This document shows, piece by piece, positions 24,501 to 37,125 of a stretch of DNA of 64,000 bases; within the stretch, counting starts at the first letter, position 1, and every line of letters begins with the position of its first letter. The translations under genes were made by a program, and so were the position numbers. The notes under the pieces are model-generated. The model saw only the letters and a list, made by a program, of their open reading frames with translations, had not been told where the DNA came from and ran no database searches. The DNA is from Mizuhopecten yessoensis (lineage: Eukaryota), in assembly GCF_002113885.1 (NCBI RefSeq), contig NW_018406268.1:1024880-1088879 (forward strand), in the 5' to 3' direction.

Positions 24501-27500
24501 ATTCTTGTAACATTATCTTCTTCATAAATCTGGAAAAATAGTCATTCTTGACTCATTTTTGGCACAAAAAGTATAAGAACTATTTTTAAATTACACCATT
24601 TGTCTTTGAAACCAGACATTACATACCCATAACATCAAAAGAAAATTGCAGTATTCAAACAACTTGGTCAAAGTATGACAATCATTTTGACTGATTCTCT
24701 TACTAATTTTCCTGCTAATATTCCACATGTTTCTATGTTTTTCATTGTGTTGTGTTCAGCCACACCCAGGAACTTCCTGACAAGGTCTGACGGGATAAAG
24801 ACGTCCCTCAGACCTCCCTTATTGAGGCCAGGCACCCCTATACTGGTGAAGTGGTCGAAAGCTGGCTTACTCGTCCTGTCAACGCCAGGAGGTCTGAAAT
24901 GTAAACAAACAAGTTCACCCGAATGATCATTTTACATATATTCATCCAAACATGATTGAAAGTAAGATATAATAACAATAGGAAAACGTTGCATATATAT
25001 GCTGTTGAATTCAAAATAAAGACTGTTTATTCTATGCAAAGAGTGTTTCCTGTCAATCAGAATCTTAACCACTAGATCAAGCCAAAGCTAACATGTACAT
25101 ATCTGGTATTTGTATATCTAAGATCTACACTCACTAACAACACAAATCTTGCCATCTCATCCTGATCAGCACCAATAGTCAATGAGCAAGGTAACAGCCT
25201 GGTACATTTTAACTAAAACCAGTTTTCTTTCAGTTATTCAACAGATGACACCAATTAATCTCATTCTATAAATCTCTTGTAATCAACCCTGATCCAGATA
25301 TCATGTGTAGTTCAATTTGTAGAATAAGAATGTCAAACGTTGTTTTTTTTTCATTCCTATTTACAATCATTGGTAGATATAAATACAATTGCTTAAAATT
25401 AAACTATTGCCAAAATATGAGCAGCAATACAGCATTTGTAATTATAAACCAACACAGGTGATAGGGAATGAGATTTGATGTCTTGTGTGTGGTGGTCAGT
25501 CAATGAACTTCAGGTGATAGGGAATGAGATTTGATGTCTTGTGTGTGGTGGTCCGTCAATGTACTTCAGGTGATAGGGAATGAGACTTGATGTCTTGTGT
25601 GTGGTGGTCAGTCAATGTACTTCAGGTGATAGGGAATGAAATTTGATGTCTTGTGTGTGGTGGTCAGTCAATGAACTTCAGGTGATAGGGAATGAGATTT
25701 GACGTCTTGTGTGTGGTGGTCAGTCAATGAACTTCAGGTGATAGGGAATGAGATTTGATGTCTTGTGGGTGGTGGTCCGTCAATGTACTTCAGGTGATAG
25801 GGAATGAGACTTGATGTCTTGTGTGTGGTGGTCAGTCAATGTTTTTCAGGTGATAGGGAATGAAATTTGATGTCTTGGGTGTGGTGGTCAGTCAATGTAC
25901 TTCAGGGGATAGGGAATGAGATTTGACGTCTTGTGTGTGGTGGTCCGTCAATGTACGTCAGGTGATAGGGAATGAGATTTGATGTCTTGTGTGTGGTGGT
26001 CAGTCGATGTACTTAAGGTGATAGGGAATGAGATTTGACATCTTGCGTGTGGTGGTCAGTCAATGTACTTCAGGTGATAGGGAATGAGATTTGACGTCTT
26101 GTGTGTGGTGGTCAGTCAATGTACTTCTTCCCAGGAGTCTTCATGCACACTCCATCACTAATTGCATGTATTGTCAAAACAGGTGAGTTCAGCCAATTTT
26201 CAAAATTAAACAATTAAAAAAAAAATCTGAACATAACTCACCCTACATGCTGGTCTGTCTCACTTATGACTAGGTTTTTCTTCAGTTCTCTATCTGGTAT
26301 GTTTGGTACACTGGAAGACATCCTTGTAGGGTCATTCAAAAGGTTCTTTTCAATCTTAGGTCGACCATCATCCAAGTTGTTAGGAATGAAGGCCAGTCCT
26401 AGTGCCCCCGGTGGTGCACTTGGTTTGGTGTTCTGGTTGTTGAGTGCAGTTCTGTCAGCATTATTGGCCACAGTAGGACCGTGGATCTGGGACTGGGAGT
26501 CAATGTTCTTCATCATTTCCTGCTCCTTCAGTTCGCGCAGCCTATGCTCTTGTTCTTGCATCCATTTTGCTTCCGATGCCAGACGAAGGCAGTTGTCTTC
26601 CTCCTCCTGCTGTCTACGTCTCAACTCCTCCTCCTGGCGAACTTTATCTTGCTGTCTCTCCAACTCTTCTTGAATTTTCCTCTACAATGGGATTTCAAGA
26701 CTTTATTCAAGTATTTATGGTAAGATATTGCATTTTTAGGGTGAGAGAATGGAAAAAGCATTATTAGTATTTTCATTTGTTAAACTAAAATCCAAATATT
26801 TAAATACTTGTCCTGTGGAGAGATTATATAAATACACTTACCTCTTCTGCTTGTCGTCTGCGTTCAATTTCTGCATATTTCTTCGTTAGTTTTCCCTTAA
26901 TTTGCTCAGCAACTGGAAAAGCTGATTTCACTTTCTACAAAAAAATAAAATAAAAATATTACTCAAGGAATCACCTGTTTTACAAATAAACCTTATAATT
27001 GAGGAGATATGTGGGGTTTTTTATGCAATAAGCCAGAAATGTTAAGCCTCTGGTTAACAAACAGAATTTTTAGCCTTGAAATTAAACCAATGTGTCCACA
27101 GGCAGACAGACTAGGAGATACCAGTGTTTCCACCATCCCCCCCCCCNCCCCCCTACCTTCCAATTAATTTTGTCTCAAAGAGCATTTATGGAACTGAACA
27201 AAAGCTTAAGACTTTTTTTACAAAGAAGAAAAATGTTTTCCAAAATGATTTAATAAATATTTCAATAATACAAGGTTAGTTTAGAAGTTACCTGACGGAC
27301 AGCCGATACATCTGTGGCCGGAGCACTTTTAAACTCTGGATGTTTTGGAAGTTTCTCAACAAACAATCTGGTTTAACAGAAAAAAAAAGAGATATGAAAT
27401 ATTTTTCAAACATGCAGGTTTTTTATTATAAATTAGTAAAGTCAGACATGCCTTATCTGATTTTCAAAGAGAAGATAGAGTAAAATTACATGAAACAGAT

Positions 27501-27978
27501 TTGGTCACTCATTTGGAGAGGTTGTACTAAACATGCTTTAATGAAATGATAGGGCTGAGTTACCCCAATAGATAGAGCCACAAACTATCTCCTTATCAGT
27601 ATATAATGGAAATTATTTGAAAACCATAAATTGATCAATTTTCAATCAATAATCAGTTTTGAGATAATTTCAATATCATGTAATAACAATTACATTTTGT
27701 CTCAATTGCATGTTGTTTCGATATTTCTGTATCCAAGAACCTAAATCTTACGATATAAACTTTGTGTAGAGGACAAATGCACTTTCTATATTCCCTTCCT
27801 CCTCATAGACTTTCGCCATTCGAATCATCTCCAGGCCAGATCTGAGGTAGCGCTTTGGTGGGATTGCGGTGTCCACATCAACCTGACATGCGTAATCACA
27901 AAGCTTGCGAACACGAGCTCCTGGGTCCCGGATATCAGAAAACAGTGATGCATCACTACCATGTGCTGCTAAAGCCAT
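21465..27978 (-). CDS. STAMBP: STAM-binding protein / AMSH, JAMM (MPN+) K63 deubiquitinase, complete CDS in 9 exons
   Basis: Exons (minus strand) 27978-27752, 27367-27292, 26934-26842, 26681-26242, 24893-24704, 24206-24069, 23108-22996, 22431-22329, 21527-21465, all GT-AG and phase-consistent. MIT domain ([44 protein letters not shown]), SH3-binding motif [35 protein letters not shown] (JAMM), C..RGFHDH (Ins-2 Zn), DLRK*. Confidence 0.96.
22329..22431 (-). CDS. STAMBP: STAMBP coding exon 8 (Ins-2)
   Basis: [34 protein letters not shown]. Confidence 0.94.
22501..22584. mobile_element. piggyBac-like MITE, copy 2
   Basis: TTAACCCTTTCACC...GGTGAAAGGGTTAA. Confidence 0.82.
22996..23108 (-). CDS. 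STAMBP: STAMBP coding exon 7 (JAMM core)
   Basis: [37 protein letters not shown]. Confidence 0.95.
23545..24062. repeat. Degenerate ~42-bp tandem repeat abutting a STAMBP donor
   Basis: Recurrent TTTCCCCTGGTCTTGTGACCAGG...TTCTCTATACAG variants. Confidence 0.7.
24069..24206 (-). CDS. STAMBP: STAMBP coding exon 6 (Ins-1)
   Basis: [46 protein letters not shown]. Confidence 0.94.
24704..24893 (-). CDS. STAMBP: STAMBP coding exon 5 (SBM, JAMM start)
   Basis: [10 protein letters not shown]...[37 protein letters not shown]. Confidence 0.94.
25455..26126. repeat. 56-bp minisatellite, 12 copies
   Basis: Unit CAGGTGATAGGGAATGAGATTTGATGTCTTGTGTGTGGTGGTCAGTCAATGTACTT. Confidence 0.96.
26242..26681 (-). 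CDS. STAMBP: STAMBP coding exon 4 (coiled coil, linker)
   Basis: [19 protein letters not shown]...ETDQHVG; tag/gtgagt; matches ORF 26238..26663. Confidence 0.9.
26842..26934 (-). CDS. STAMBP: STAMBP coding exon 3
   Basis: [31 protein letters not shown]; tag/gtaagt. Confidence 0.92.
27292..27367 (-). CDS. STAMBP: STAMBP coding exon 2
   Basis: [25 protein letters not shown]; cag/gtaact boundaries. Confidence 0.93.
27752..27978 (-). CDS. STAMBP: STAMBP coding exon 1 (MIT)
   Basis: Acceptor before 27987, ATG at 27978; MALAAHGSD...LYTKFI; donor gtaaga. Confidence 0.93.
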
Positions 27979-28065
27979 AGTTATTTGCTGCAATATAAAA
28001 AGAGAAAAATTTCATAAAAGAGATTTGAGAAATATAGGTGTTTCATTGACAATTGTGTAACCACT

Positions 28066-28160
28066 TTAAAAGTCTTTCATCCCCATTTAACTTTAGTAGA
28101 CAATACCATGCATTGATATATGGATGAGCCTATTATGGTCTACAGTGGTGAAAGGGTTAA
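28066..28160. mobile_element. piggyBac-like MITE, copy 3 (left end decayed)
   Basis: Same internal sequence; GGTGAAAGGGTTAA right end. Confidence 0.72.
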
Positions 28161-29249
28161 GTCCCTAGGCCGGGTTTCCCTATTCCTTATCAGAATGTTG
28201 TATTATCAAGTATGATAAGTTGGTTTTTATGAGTAGAAATTAAAATACAGAGCTATTTCATCACCTAGGATCAACCCATACCAATTTATATCCACTACTT
28301 CTTTTAAACACAATTTCTTTACCTAGGCCTCTGTTGAACCATACATGACTGTTATAACTGATTGTAAGGTTCAATCTATTTGGTAGACAAATGTATTAAT
28401 TTAACAGTAAGAAAGTGGGATTCAAATCTTAACTCTTCATGGATGCTCTAGATCTATCTATTAGGGCTATCTTAATTGTCACTTGGCATTTATATACCCA
28501 ATAGTATTCCGATATCCATCTACTCAGGATTACCAAAAGTATCTGTAATCTTGATTAGGGACCACTTAATATGGATGGAGTTAGGTTGTCTGATATACAT
28601 GTACATGATCCAGATTTTTCCCAACTGGGATACAGATGTTTCAGCATCTTAGGTTTTTGTATAGTGCAAATGTTTTTCAGTACTCATCAGAATATTTCAT
28701 GTTATTTAATGCTTTTAATTAATTCCTTTTTTGAAATATTCTTTCACCATAAGTATCTAAACTTCATATGATAATAAGTTCTAAACCTCTTTTAGGTATT
28801 GAATTTGTTTAAACTCTATATGGTTTAAAAGGATTTATGAAGTGTCTTTTAAAGTTTGAAAAATAATTAATAGTTATTTCTTTTATAGCATCCAGTGTAC
28901 TGTGTATATCTATATTCTGTTGCTCATATTGATTATTGAACCAGTTCTTACATTGTTGAGAACCATTTAAAATAAACTTTAATGCTATTAAATTCATAAA
29001 TTATACAAATTTACACATAGAACTTACCTATGTAATATCAAGTCCTCTATATATACTTTAGATGTATTTATTTGATAAGCATGATGTCTGCAGAGCACAA
29101 GTTGAGGTATTACACACTGTCAACACCTTCTGACTCAGATGGGGATGAAAGTGATACAATGCAATTTTTTAGACAGCCCACATGAATATTAGGTCAAATC
29201 TTCGAACACCTAGGATGTCTATTACACACGTTGATATTTTCTGCTAATC

Positions 29250-30100
29250 AGACATAAAATGAAGTAGACATGCATTCGTCTCTACACAAAAAGCAACGAA
29301 TTACGGCATGAATCGAAAATATGCTAGGGATTCACATAAATAAATACTGCCTTGTGATTGTGATAACGTCCTGGCCTCGAACTCAAAAAGTATACACTTC
29401 AAGCTTGGATTTGTGCAAGCCTCTTGTTTGCTCAAAAGATGATTGCGTTTGGATTAATAATGTTATCAACCCATAACGTGACTCCCTCGTCAATATTTTA
29501 TAATTATCAATTATCACATAAACCTATTTTCAGTATGTGTTTAATCAAACTAAACGAAACCATTCAAATAAACATATTAAAGAATATATGAACGTGTTTT
29601 ATACATTTATAATGAGGAATAAAGTCTGATAATATAGCCTATCACCGTTAATGGCATCGGTACGAAAGATATTCGGATTTCAGCGAATTTGATTGGCTGA
29701 AACAGGACAGGTCTTGACCTTGCGTTTGCTGATTTGCAAAGTTACAAATATCTGTGCCTGTGGATACCAACTGTCGGTTATAGGCTGTGTAACATTTACG
29801 TGATTATAACGAATTTCAACATTGAAGGTATGTATGGTGACATGCACATGGCATATGTTGGGGTTGAATATGTAAAAAATGTCAGTGTAACTAACGAAAA
29901 TGCCCAGATATGTCTGAAAAAGTCGGTTGAATTCTGAGTCATGTTTACATCGGCGAGCTGACAGCGACAGTGCTGAATCAATGAAGCCGCGAAAATTTAC
30001 AGCATCGCTTAATTTCTTGATATTCAATGTTTACATTCATTCAAAATGTCTAATAGCGTTTGTCCTTATTTTTGATCGGTGTTTACTGTGAGAAATCGGT
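29250..30100. promoter_or_regulatory. Putative bidirectional promoter of STAMBP (-) and the RhoGAP gene (+)
   Basis: Local CpG enrichment and an inverted CCAAT (GATTGG at ~29691). Outward-facing donors: minus-strand TAG|GTAAGT at 29027 and plus-strand AAG|GTATGT at 29828. Confidence 0.45.
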
Positions 30101-30889
30101 TTGTTTGTTATATATTGATTTTATCTCGACATTCTTTTTGCAACTACCTATATAAGGCTGCAGTCACATTTTTATGATTGACACCAGTACAAACATGACT
30201 GTTTGATTTTAAAATATTTGTGTTGGGCATACACATTGGTATGGAAACAAGGTGTGTCACATAAAAAAGAGGTTGGTTTCTTATACCTTAACACAGAAAA
30301 TTACAGTGGCAATCTTGTGAGTTAAATATCCATATTTATTACATACTTACTAATAAATACGGGTTTTTTGTATGTATGCGATACGACACAATTGCTCTTA
30401 ACCATATCAGCCCTCGCCATATCACACCCCAAAAGCCGTATCAGCCCCCGCCGTATCACACCCCAAAACCTGTATCGGTCCGCAAAACCCGTATCACACC
30501 CCTTTTGGACATTTTTTGTTTTTCATTATTTCAAAAGAAAAATAGATCATAAGATAGTAGCTTTTATTAGTAAGTATGTAATAAACAGAATGATATTGGT
30601 AGAGGGTTCATACTGGGTGTGATATATATGGGAAAAGACCATATTATACAGTAGGGGTTTCAATAATTTTTCAAGTTGCATATATGCATGTATCTTACAC
30701 AAAGTAGGCGGTTAATTTCAGTACAGTTTCATATTACCTTCTACTTCTAAATGGTAATGACCAACTTCAACAAGTTGAAGATAATGTCATGAGGGAGAAA
30801 GAGATTTAGTCGAATCCAAGAAAGCCAAAATGATATATACATGTATATAGGTTTAATTTTGAGGGTAAATTGACAGGAGAGCAGATTTA

Positions 30890-31545
30890 AAAGATTCGGT
30901 AGTAGAACAGGAGGATATGATATCTGGTGGGATCTTATTCCACTCAGATATTGATCGGGGAAAGAAGGATTGTTTCTGACCTGGGTTCTGCAGTGTGGTA
31001 TTTGGAAGGATTGGTGATGGGCATGCCTTGATTGCCTGGTTGCTGCTGGTATTAGTCTAGTGTGTTTACTAATAGCTTCCTGATTGTTTACAATTTTGAA
31101 CATCCTACATAGGCTTGTGTCTCTGCGTCTGTCGGCAAGGGATCACCATTTAAGATGGTTCAACATATTGGAGACACTGGATTTTCTATGAGTGTAGACG
31201 TTTTTGTTTATAGTACGTAACGAGCAGCCCTGCGTTGTACCATTTCAATCTTATTGATGTTATATATCCTGGGTGTATGATGGGTCCCAAACAGGACAGG
31301 CATACTCTAGGGATGGACGGACTAATGATTTGTATGCCTGTACCGTAACTGATGTTGAACCTATTTTTTAAGTTTCGACAGAGGAAGCCAAGTGTGGAGT
31401 TTGCTTTGTCGGTAAAATTATTTATGTGGGAGTCCCATTTTAAGTTAGATTGAATTGTAAAACCCAGGTATTTTGCTTGGTCTACGTGTTCTAGTGTATG
31501 CCCATGGAGGATATAATTATTGATCATGGGGGTTTTTCCCCTTGT
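30890..31545 (-). mobile_element. 5'-truncated, frameshifted LINE (CR1/L2-group ORF2 C-terminal region)
   Basis: HTLEHVDQAKYLGFTIQSNLKWDSHIN...KANSTLGFLCRNL; other frames LVRPSLEYACPVWDP, IEMVQRRAARYV, SLADRRR, MFKIVN. Confidence 0.85.
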
Positions 31546-32744
31546 TCACAGATCTAGACAACACATTACACTTGCTCAGGTGGAAGGCCATCTTCCATGT
31601 CTTTTTCCCAGAGCGCCAGTTTGTCCAAGTCTTGCTGATAACCGTCCTCCTTTTTTTTTCATGAAAGCCTTCAGCCAGTGAAACATTTGTAGTAGGATTT
31701 TTTTCATGGGGTTACGGTACTGGCTACAAATGAAACCCCTGTAATTATAAACAAACAGGAATTTACAAACATTGAAAATACTATGCATATGATAAAACCT
31801 TGAAGAGCTGTGCAATTAAGCTTTCAACCACACGATTCATTTGTAGAATAGATATGTCCAGTAAACCCTAATTATTTGGGCTTTTAACTGATTCTTTTGT
31901 TATAATGAAGTAAATTTGTAACAAAATAAACCACAAAACAGTACAAACGATGATAACCTGGTGTTAATTACATTAATAGTGATCACACTGTCCTGTGGTG
32001 GACTATATATATAGCTAGCACATCATTGAAATACATTCCATGAACAATTATGAGCTTTCAGAAGAATATGTCATTAAATGCTGTGTGGTGGACAAATGAA
32101 AGATATCAAGAAATTTTGAAAATAAGTTGGGTCCATCAATGTATCGGTTTATTTTCAATATCTTTCATGTTTCATGCAAATATTCACCCAAAACTGCCTT
32201 AGAATTGGCAGATGGACAACCAGACATGTACTTCATGGACTTTCGTGTTGGCATTTTTGCCAACTTCTTGAACTTTCCATGGGGGAGATTCTGCATGCTC
32301 AAAATTAAAATCTAAATAAAATGTTTGTATATATACCTACCCCCTAGAGACAAAATAACCCTTTAAATGACACATTTTGAGTTGTTCTTTCAGATGAAAT
32401 CATGATCATTAGATCTTGAAATATAGGAAAAGTTGAGCAAATTCACTGGTTGAAATACTAAATTTAAGGGTTCAAAATCGAGAGTCTCCCTCCTAAATAG
32501 GGAGAGTTGGCCAGTATGTTGGTTTACTTTAAAAGCTATGTCTTATCTCCAATCAGGTATGAGTCAATGCTGTGAAAAGTTACATCAACTTTAAAAGTTT
32601 GTCAGCACTAAATACAGATTTTTCCAAACTTCTTCCATCATAATGACTGTCAATTTGTAGATTTATTCACCATAAAAGCTAAAGAATACCTGTTTGGTTC
32701 TTATTAAGTGTAGTTGTGCTGTTTCCTTTATGTTTCCTTTAATT

Positions 32745-34490
32745 ATATCTTCCCTTCGAATGAAGGGAGACATATTGTATATTAGTACTGGTTCTTCCTC
32801 TGGTTCTTCTAATCGCAACTTGTCCGGGCCATACATTTTAAACAGTTAAAGATATATTGATGAAACTTGAGGTATGTCTGCATCAACCACAGAAGGTGTG
32901 CAGTGCACTGGAATTAGGTCACTGTGACCTTTACCTCAAGGTCAAAGATCAAATAAGTGCAACATTTTCAGTAAATTCTTGTCCGGCCAGTAAATTTTAA
33001 AACATTGACAGATATCCTGATCAAACTTGAAGTATACATGCTGTATCACCCACCGAAGGTGTGCAGTCTAGTGCACTGGAATTAGGTCTCGTGCCCCATT
33101 ATATATATATAAAAAGTCATGGCCCTTTGTTTATTTTTAATACTGAAGTTTATCCATAGCATAAGTTCCATGTTATTTCACCTTCGTTGACCAGACTTAC
33201 CATATCTATGTATCTTGGAAATGCGGAATCTCTTTCACTATGAAATCAGGTTTTGTACCCCACTATATACAGAGTTATGGCCCTTTGTTTATTTTTAGGT
33301 CACCTGAGCTTTGCTCAAGTGACCTATTCTGATCACTTTCCGTCCGTCATGCGTAAACTTTTGACATTTTCGTCTTCTTCTCAAGAACCAGAGGATGGAA
33401 TTTTTTCAAACATGGTCAGAATCATCCTTGGTAGATGAGGCTACAAAATTGTAAAATTGGGATTCCTACCCCAACCCCTGGGGCTCAAAGGGAAAATTAG
33501 GAAATGATTTAAAAATCTTCTTCTCCAGACTTAAAAGTACTACAGTCATTTTCTCTGCATGAATGGAAAGATCATAATGGGCTTTATTTAAATTGTAAAT
33601 TTTAGTACCCCGAACCCATTCGTTCTCCCTCGGGGAGGGGGTAAAGTTTACTATATAGTATATTTAGGGAAATAACACTTTTGGGTATATTTGATCCATT
33701 TTTAGCAGAAAATTATTCAAACTTGGTCAGAATCATCTTTGGTGGATGAGGGTATTACATTGTAAATTGGGATTCCTGCCCCATCCCCAGGGGCTAGGGC
33801 GGGGCCCCAAAGGGAACATTTACCAATATTTTAAAATTCTTATCCTTTGATGGAATGACAAGTATCATATTTCACTTAGTTTACATGTTGATTCCCACAT
33901 CACATCTTAAACAATAAAATAAAGCTACCAGTACCTATGAAATAACTCAGGTGATCGCTAAGGCCCTTAAGCTTGCTGGCCATCTTGTTTTTTTAAATAG
34001 AAGTTAGTCCAAGGCATAACTTCTAAACTGTTAAAGATATCTTGATCAAACTTAAAGTATACCTGCAGCATCACCCATAGATGATGTGCAGTGCACTGTC
34101 ATTAGTTCATTGTGACCTTGACCCCAAGGTCAAAGGTCAAACATGTGGAAAAAAATCAGTAACATCTTGTCCGGGCTGTAACTTTTCAACTGTTAAAGAT
34201 ATCTTGATGAAACTAGAACTAAAACTACATCACCCATAAACGATATGCAGTGCACTTTCACTATGTAATTGTGACCTTGACCCCAGGGTCAAAGGTCAAA
34301 AAGTCTCATACTTGCAAGCATTTAAAGGTGTACGCCAAGGTGTATATCTGCATCACCCACAAATGATGTACAATGCACTGTTGTTCGGTCGCTGTGACCT
34401 TGACCTGGAGGTTAAAGGTCAAATAAGTGCAAAGTTTTCACGAATGTCTTTTCTGGGCTGTTTAAGCATTAATGTTCTTATTGTCTGTGA
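32745..34490 (+). mobile_element. Older HINE-like element with degenerate GTGACCTTGACC...AAGGTCAA repeats (interrupted by 33297-33987)
   Basis: 5' hairpin CTTCCCTTCGAATGAAGGGAG followed by repeated ~170-180 bp units on both sides of the nested insert. Confidence 0.6.
33297..33987 (+). mobile_element. Helentron-type non-autonomous element nested in an older one
   Basis: AGGTCACCTGAG...CTCAGGTGATC subterminal IR, CCGTCCGTC microsatellite, inserted in a T-run. Confidence 0.75.
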
Positions 34491-34527
34491 AAGAAATGAT
34501 ACAAAAATGGGAGGGGGGGGGGGGGGG

Positions 34528-34637
34528 NNNNNNNNNNNNNNNNNNNNNNNNNNNNNNNNNNNNNNNNNNNNNNNNNNNNNNNNNNNNNNNNNNNNNNNNN
34601 NNNNNNNNNNNNNNNNNNNNNNNNNNNNNNNNNNNNN
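34528..34637. other. Assembly gap
   Basis: N-run after a poly-G. Confidence 0.99.
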
Positions 34638-36244
34638 GAAAAGAGGAACAAAAAGATAGAAATAAGTACTTATACTGTATGATTTAATTGAAGTCGGTCT
34701 AGATATAACACTCTCACTAAATCATTATTAAAGGACTTTCGTTTTAGTGGACACAATTTCAGCTTGATTCTCATAGATCAAACAACTTCTCTGATCTTTT
34801 TCATATTTTCTTCAACATTTTGAATCCCAAATGGAAAAAAAATACATTCCAGATTGTACTTGGAGAACAATGCAGCATTATTTGAAATTGAATAAGGATG
34901 TTTTATTCAGTTTTATTTGTAAAGAAAACATTTTGCTTGACGCAAAATTTAGGTAGCTGGACTCAGAAATCAATATTAGGTAACTGGCCGAGGCACAAGA
35001 CTGAATTAGTTTAGCTATAGACACAAGAATTGAAGCACATTATTAAGTGTTTCAATGATGATTTGGAGCATAGCATTATAATAAGTAACTGTTGGCAAAT
35101 TGGTTTAGTGCAGACCCTTTGTTAAGTTGGATGTGGTCCAGCTTGAGATTGGAAGTCATTCAAAGCCACTTATCACATATCAACAACATCTATCTATGGG
35201 GCCATGAACACTGTAAACATTATACGGAACGTTTATATATTAATGAGGTTCTCTTTTTGTATTTAGGCTTTTCCTGTATATGCCTTTACATGTAACACCC
35301 ATATGATATATATACAAATAAAAATACAACTGTATATTGGACTTGCACTTTTGTTAAGATTATCAGATGTGCACATGCTTGTAACATGTGGGTTCCGTAA
35401 GATGGGCTGTAAATGTTTACGGTATATAGTTGATCAAAGCAGGGTTGTTTATATACATAAATGTATATGCATTTTATACTGGTATCGTCACATGTATTTT
35501 TTGTGTGTTGATGAATTGAACATTACATGTATTTTCTAATCCCATGGTTGCTACAGTTATTCACCAAGACTATATATATGCAGATGAGGTTTGTTGTTAC
35601 GTACTGTACCTATCTTGCATTATTCATACCTACAAACACATTTTGTATTGTCATCGCCGTCACCTTGGAACATTTTCATATATATATATATATATATTGA
35701 TTAATCAATCATCAGGAAAACCCTAAAACCAAACTTATGTTCTTTGATAATAAATGCAAATATGGTTGGAAATCATCAAAGTTTTTCTCTTCATGATCAA
35801 TCATTTTCATTTAGTGGCTATATTTGTCGTCAAATATAACATGTCAAAAAAGCATTTTCTTACTTATAGTTTTTGTTGAAACAAAATTAATTAGAATTTA
35901 AAGTACATGAAGTGTCAGAGTCTTGTTATATTATGTGTAGATAACATTCGTTATCAAATCTTGAGTGATTTTAAATTAATCTTGGATTTTAGTGTGGTTC
36001 ACAGTAATTCAGAATATCATTTAAATTGACCATCATTTGCCTAATGAAAAATATTAACCAGTACATGCATATATATATATATATAAAAATGGATAAGACT
36101 TTGTTCAAATTCCAAAAAGCTGAGAGAAAAAAATGTTTTAATGATTTACCAAGATATACATGTATACTAGAAATTGGATCATATGAAAGTAAAGTGTACC
36201 ATACATTTTATGTACATTTCATTTGAAATATTTATATGAAAATA

Positions 36245-37125
36245 TATCAATGGTAGAAGTTTACTGTCAACTCGGTGTATAGGAAATATCCTATGAATAG
36301 TAGAGGTTTACTGTTGACTCGGTGTATATCCGATAAATGGTAGAGGTTTACTGTGTTGACTCAGTGTATATCCTATAAGCGATAAAGATGTACTGTGTTG
36401 ACTCGGTGTATATATCCTATAAATGGTAGAGGTTTACTGTTGACTCGGTGTATATCCTATAAATGGTTGAGTTTTCCTGTTGACTCAGTGTATATACTAT
36501 AAGTGGTAGAGGTTTACTGTTGACTCGGTGTATATACTATAAATGGTAGAGGTTTACTGTTGACTCAGTGTATATACTATAAATGGTAGAGGTTTACTGT
36601 GTTGACTCAGTGTATATACTATAAGTGGTAGAGGTTTACTGTTGACTCAGTGTATATACTATAAATGGTAGAGGTGTACTGTGTTGACTAAGTGTATATC
36701 CTATAAATGGTTGAGTTTTCCTGTTAACTCGGTGTATATCCTATAAATGGTTGAGTTTTCCTGTTGACTCAGTGTATATCCTATAAATGGTAGAGGTTTA
36801 CTGTTGACTCAGTGTATATCCTATAAATGGTAGAGGTGAACTGTGTTGACTCAGTGTACATCCTATAAATGGTAGAGGTTTACTGTTGACTTCGTGTACA
36901 TATCCTATAAATGGTAGAGGTTTACTGTTGCCTCGGTGTATATCCTATAAATGGTAGAAGTTTACTGCTGACTAAGTGAATATCCTATAAATGGTAGAGG
37001 TTTGCTGTTGATACAGTGTATATATCCTATAAATGGTAGAAGTTTAATATTGTACAGTGTATACATCTTATAAATGGTAGAAATCTGCTGTTGACTCAGT
37101 GTATATATCGATATCCTATATCCTA
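36245..37125. repeat. ~40-bp minisatellite, ~21 copies
   Basis: Unit TCCTATAAATGGTAGAGGTTTACTGTTGACTCAGTGTATA. Confidence 0.95.

Noticed and set aside
25455-26126. CRISPR-like regular repeats (also the other arrays)
   Set aside because: Units are contiguous with no unique spacers, no cas genes, and the context is a eukaryotic intron.
26266-26767. Plus-strand ORFs over STAMBP exon 4
   Set aside because: Antisense shadows of a coding exon; no independent signals.
31186-31527. Possible functional reverse transcriptase gene
   Set aside because: Only the post-RT C-terminal region, frameshifted and 5'-truncated: a dead LINE copy.
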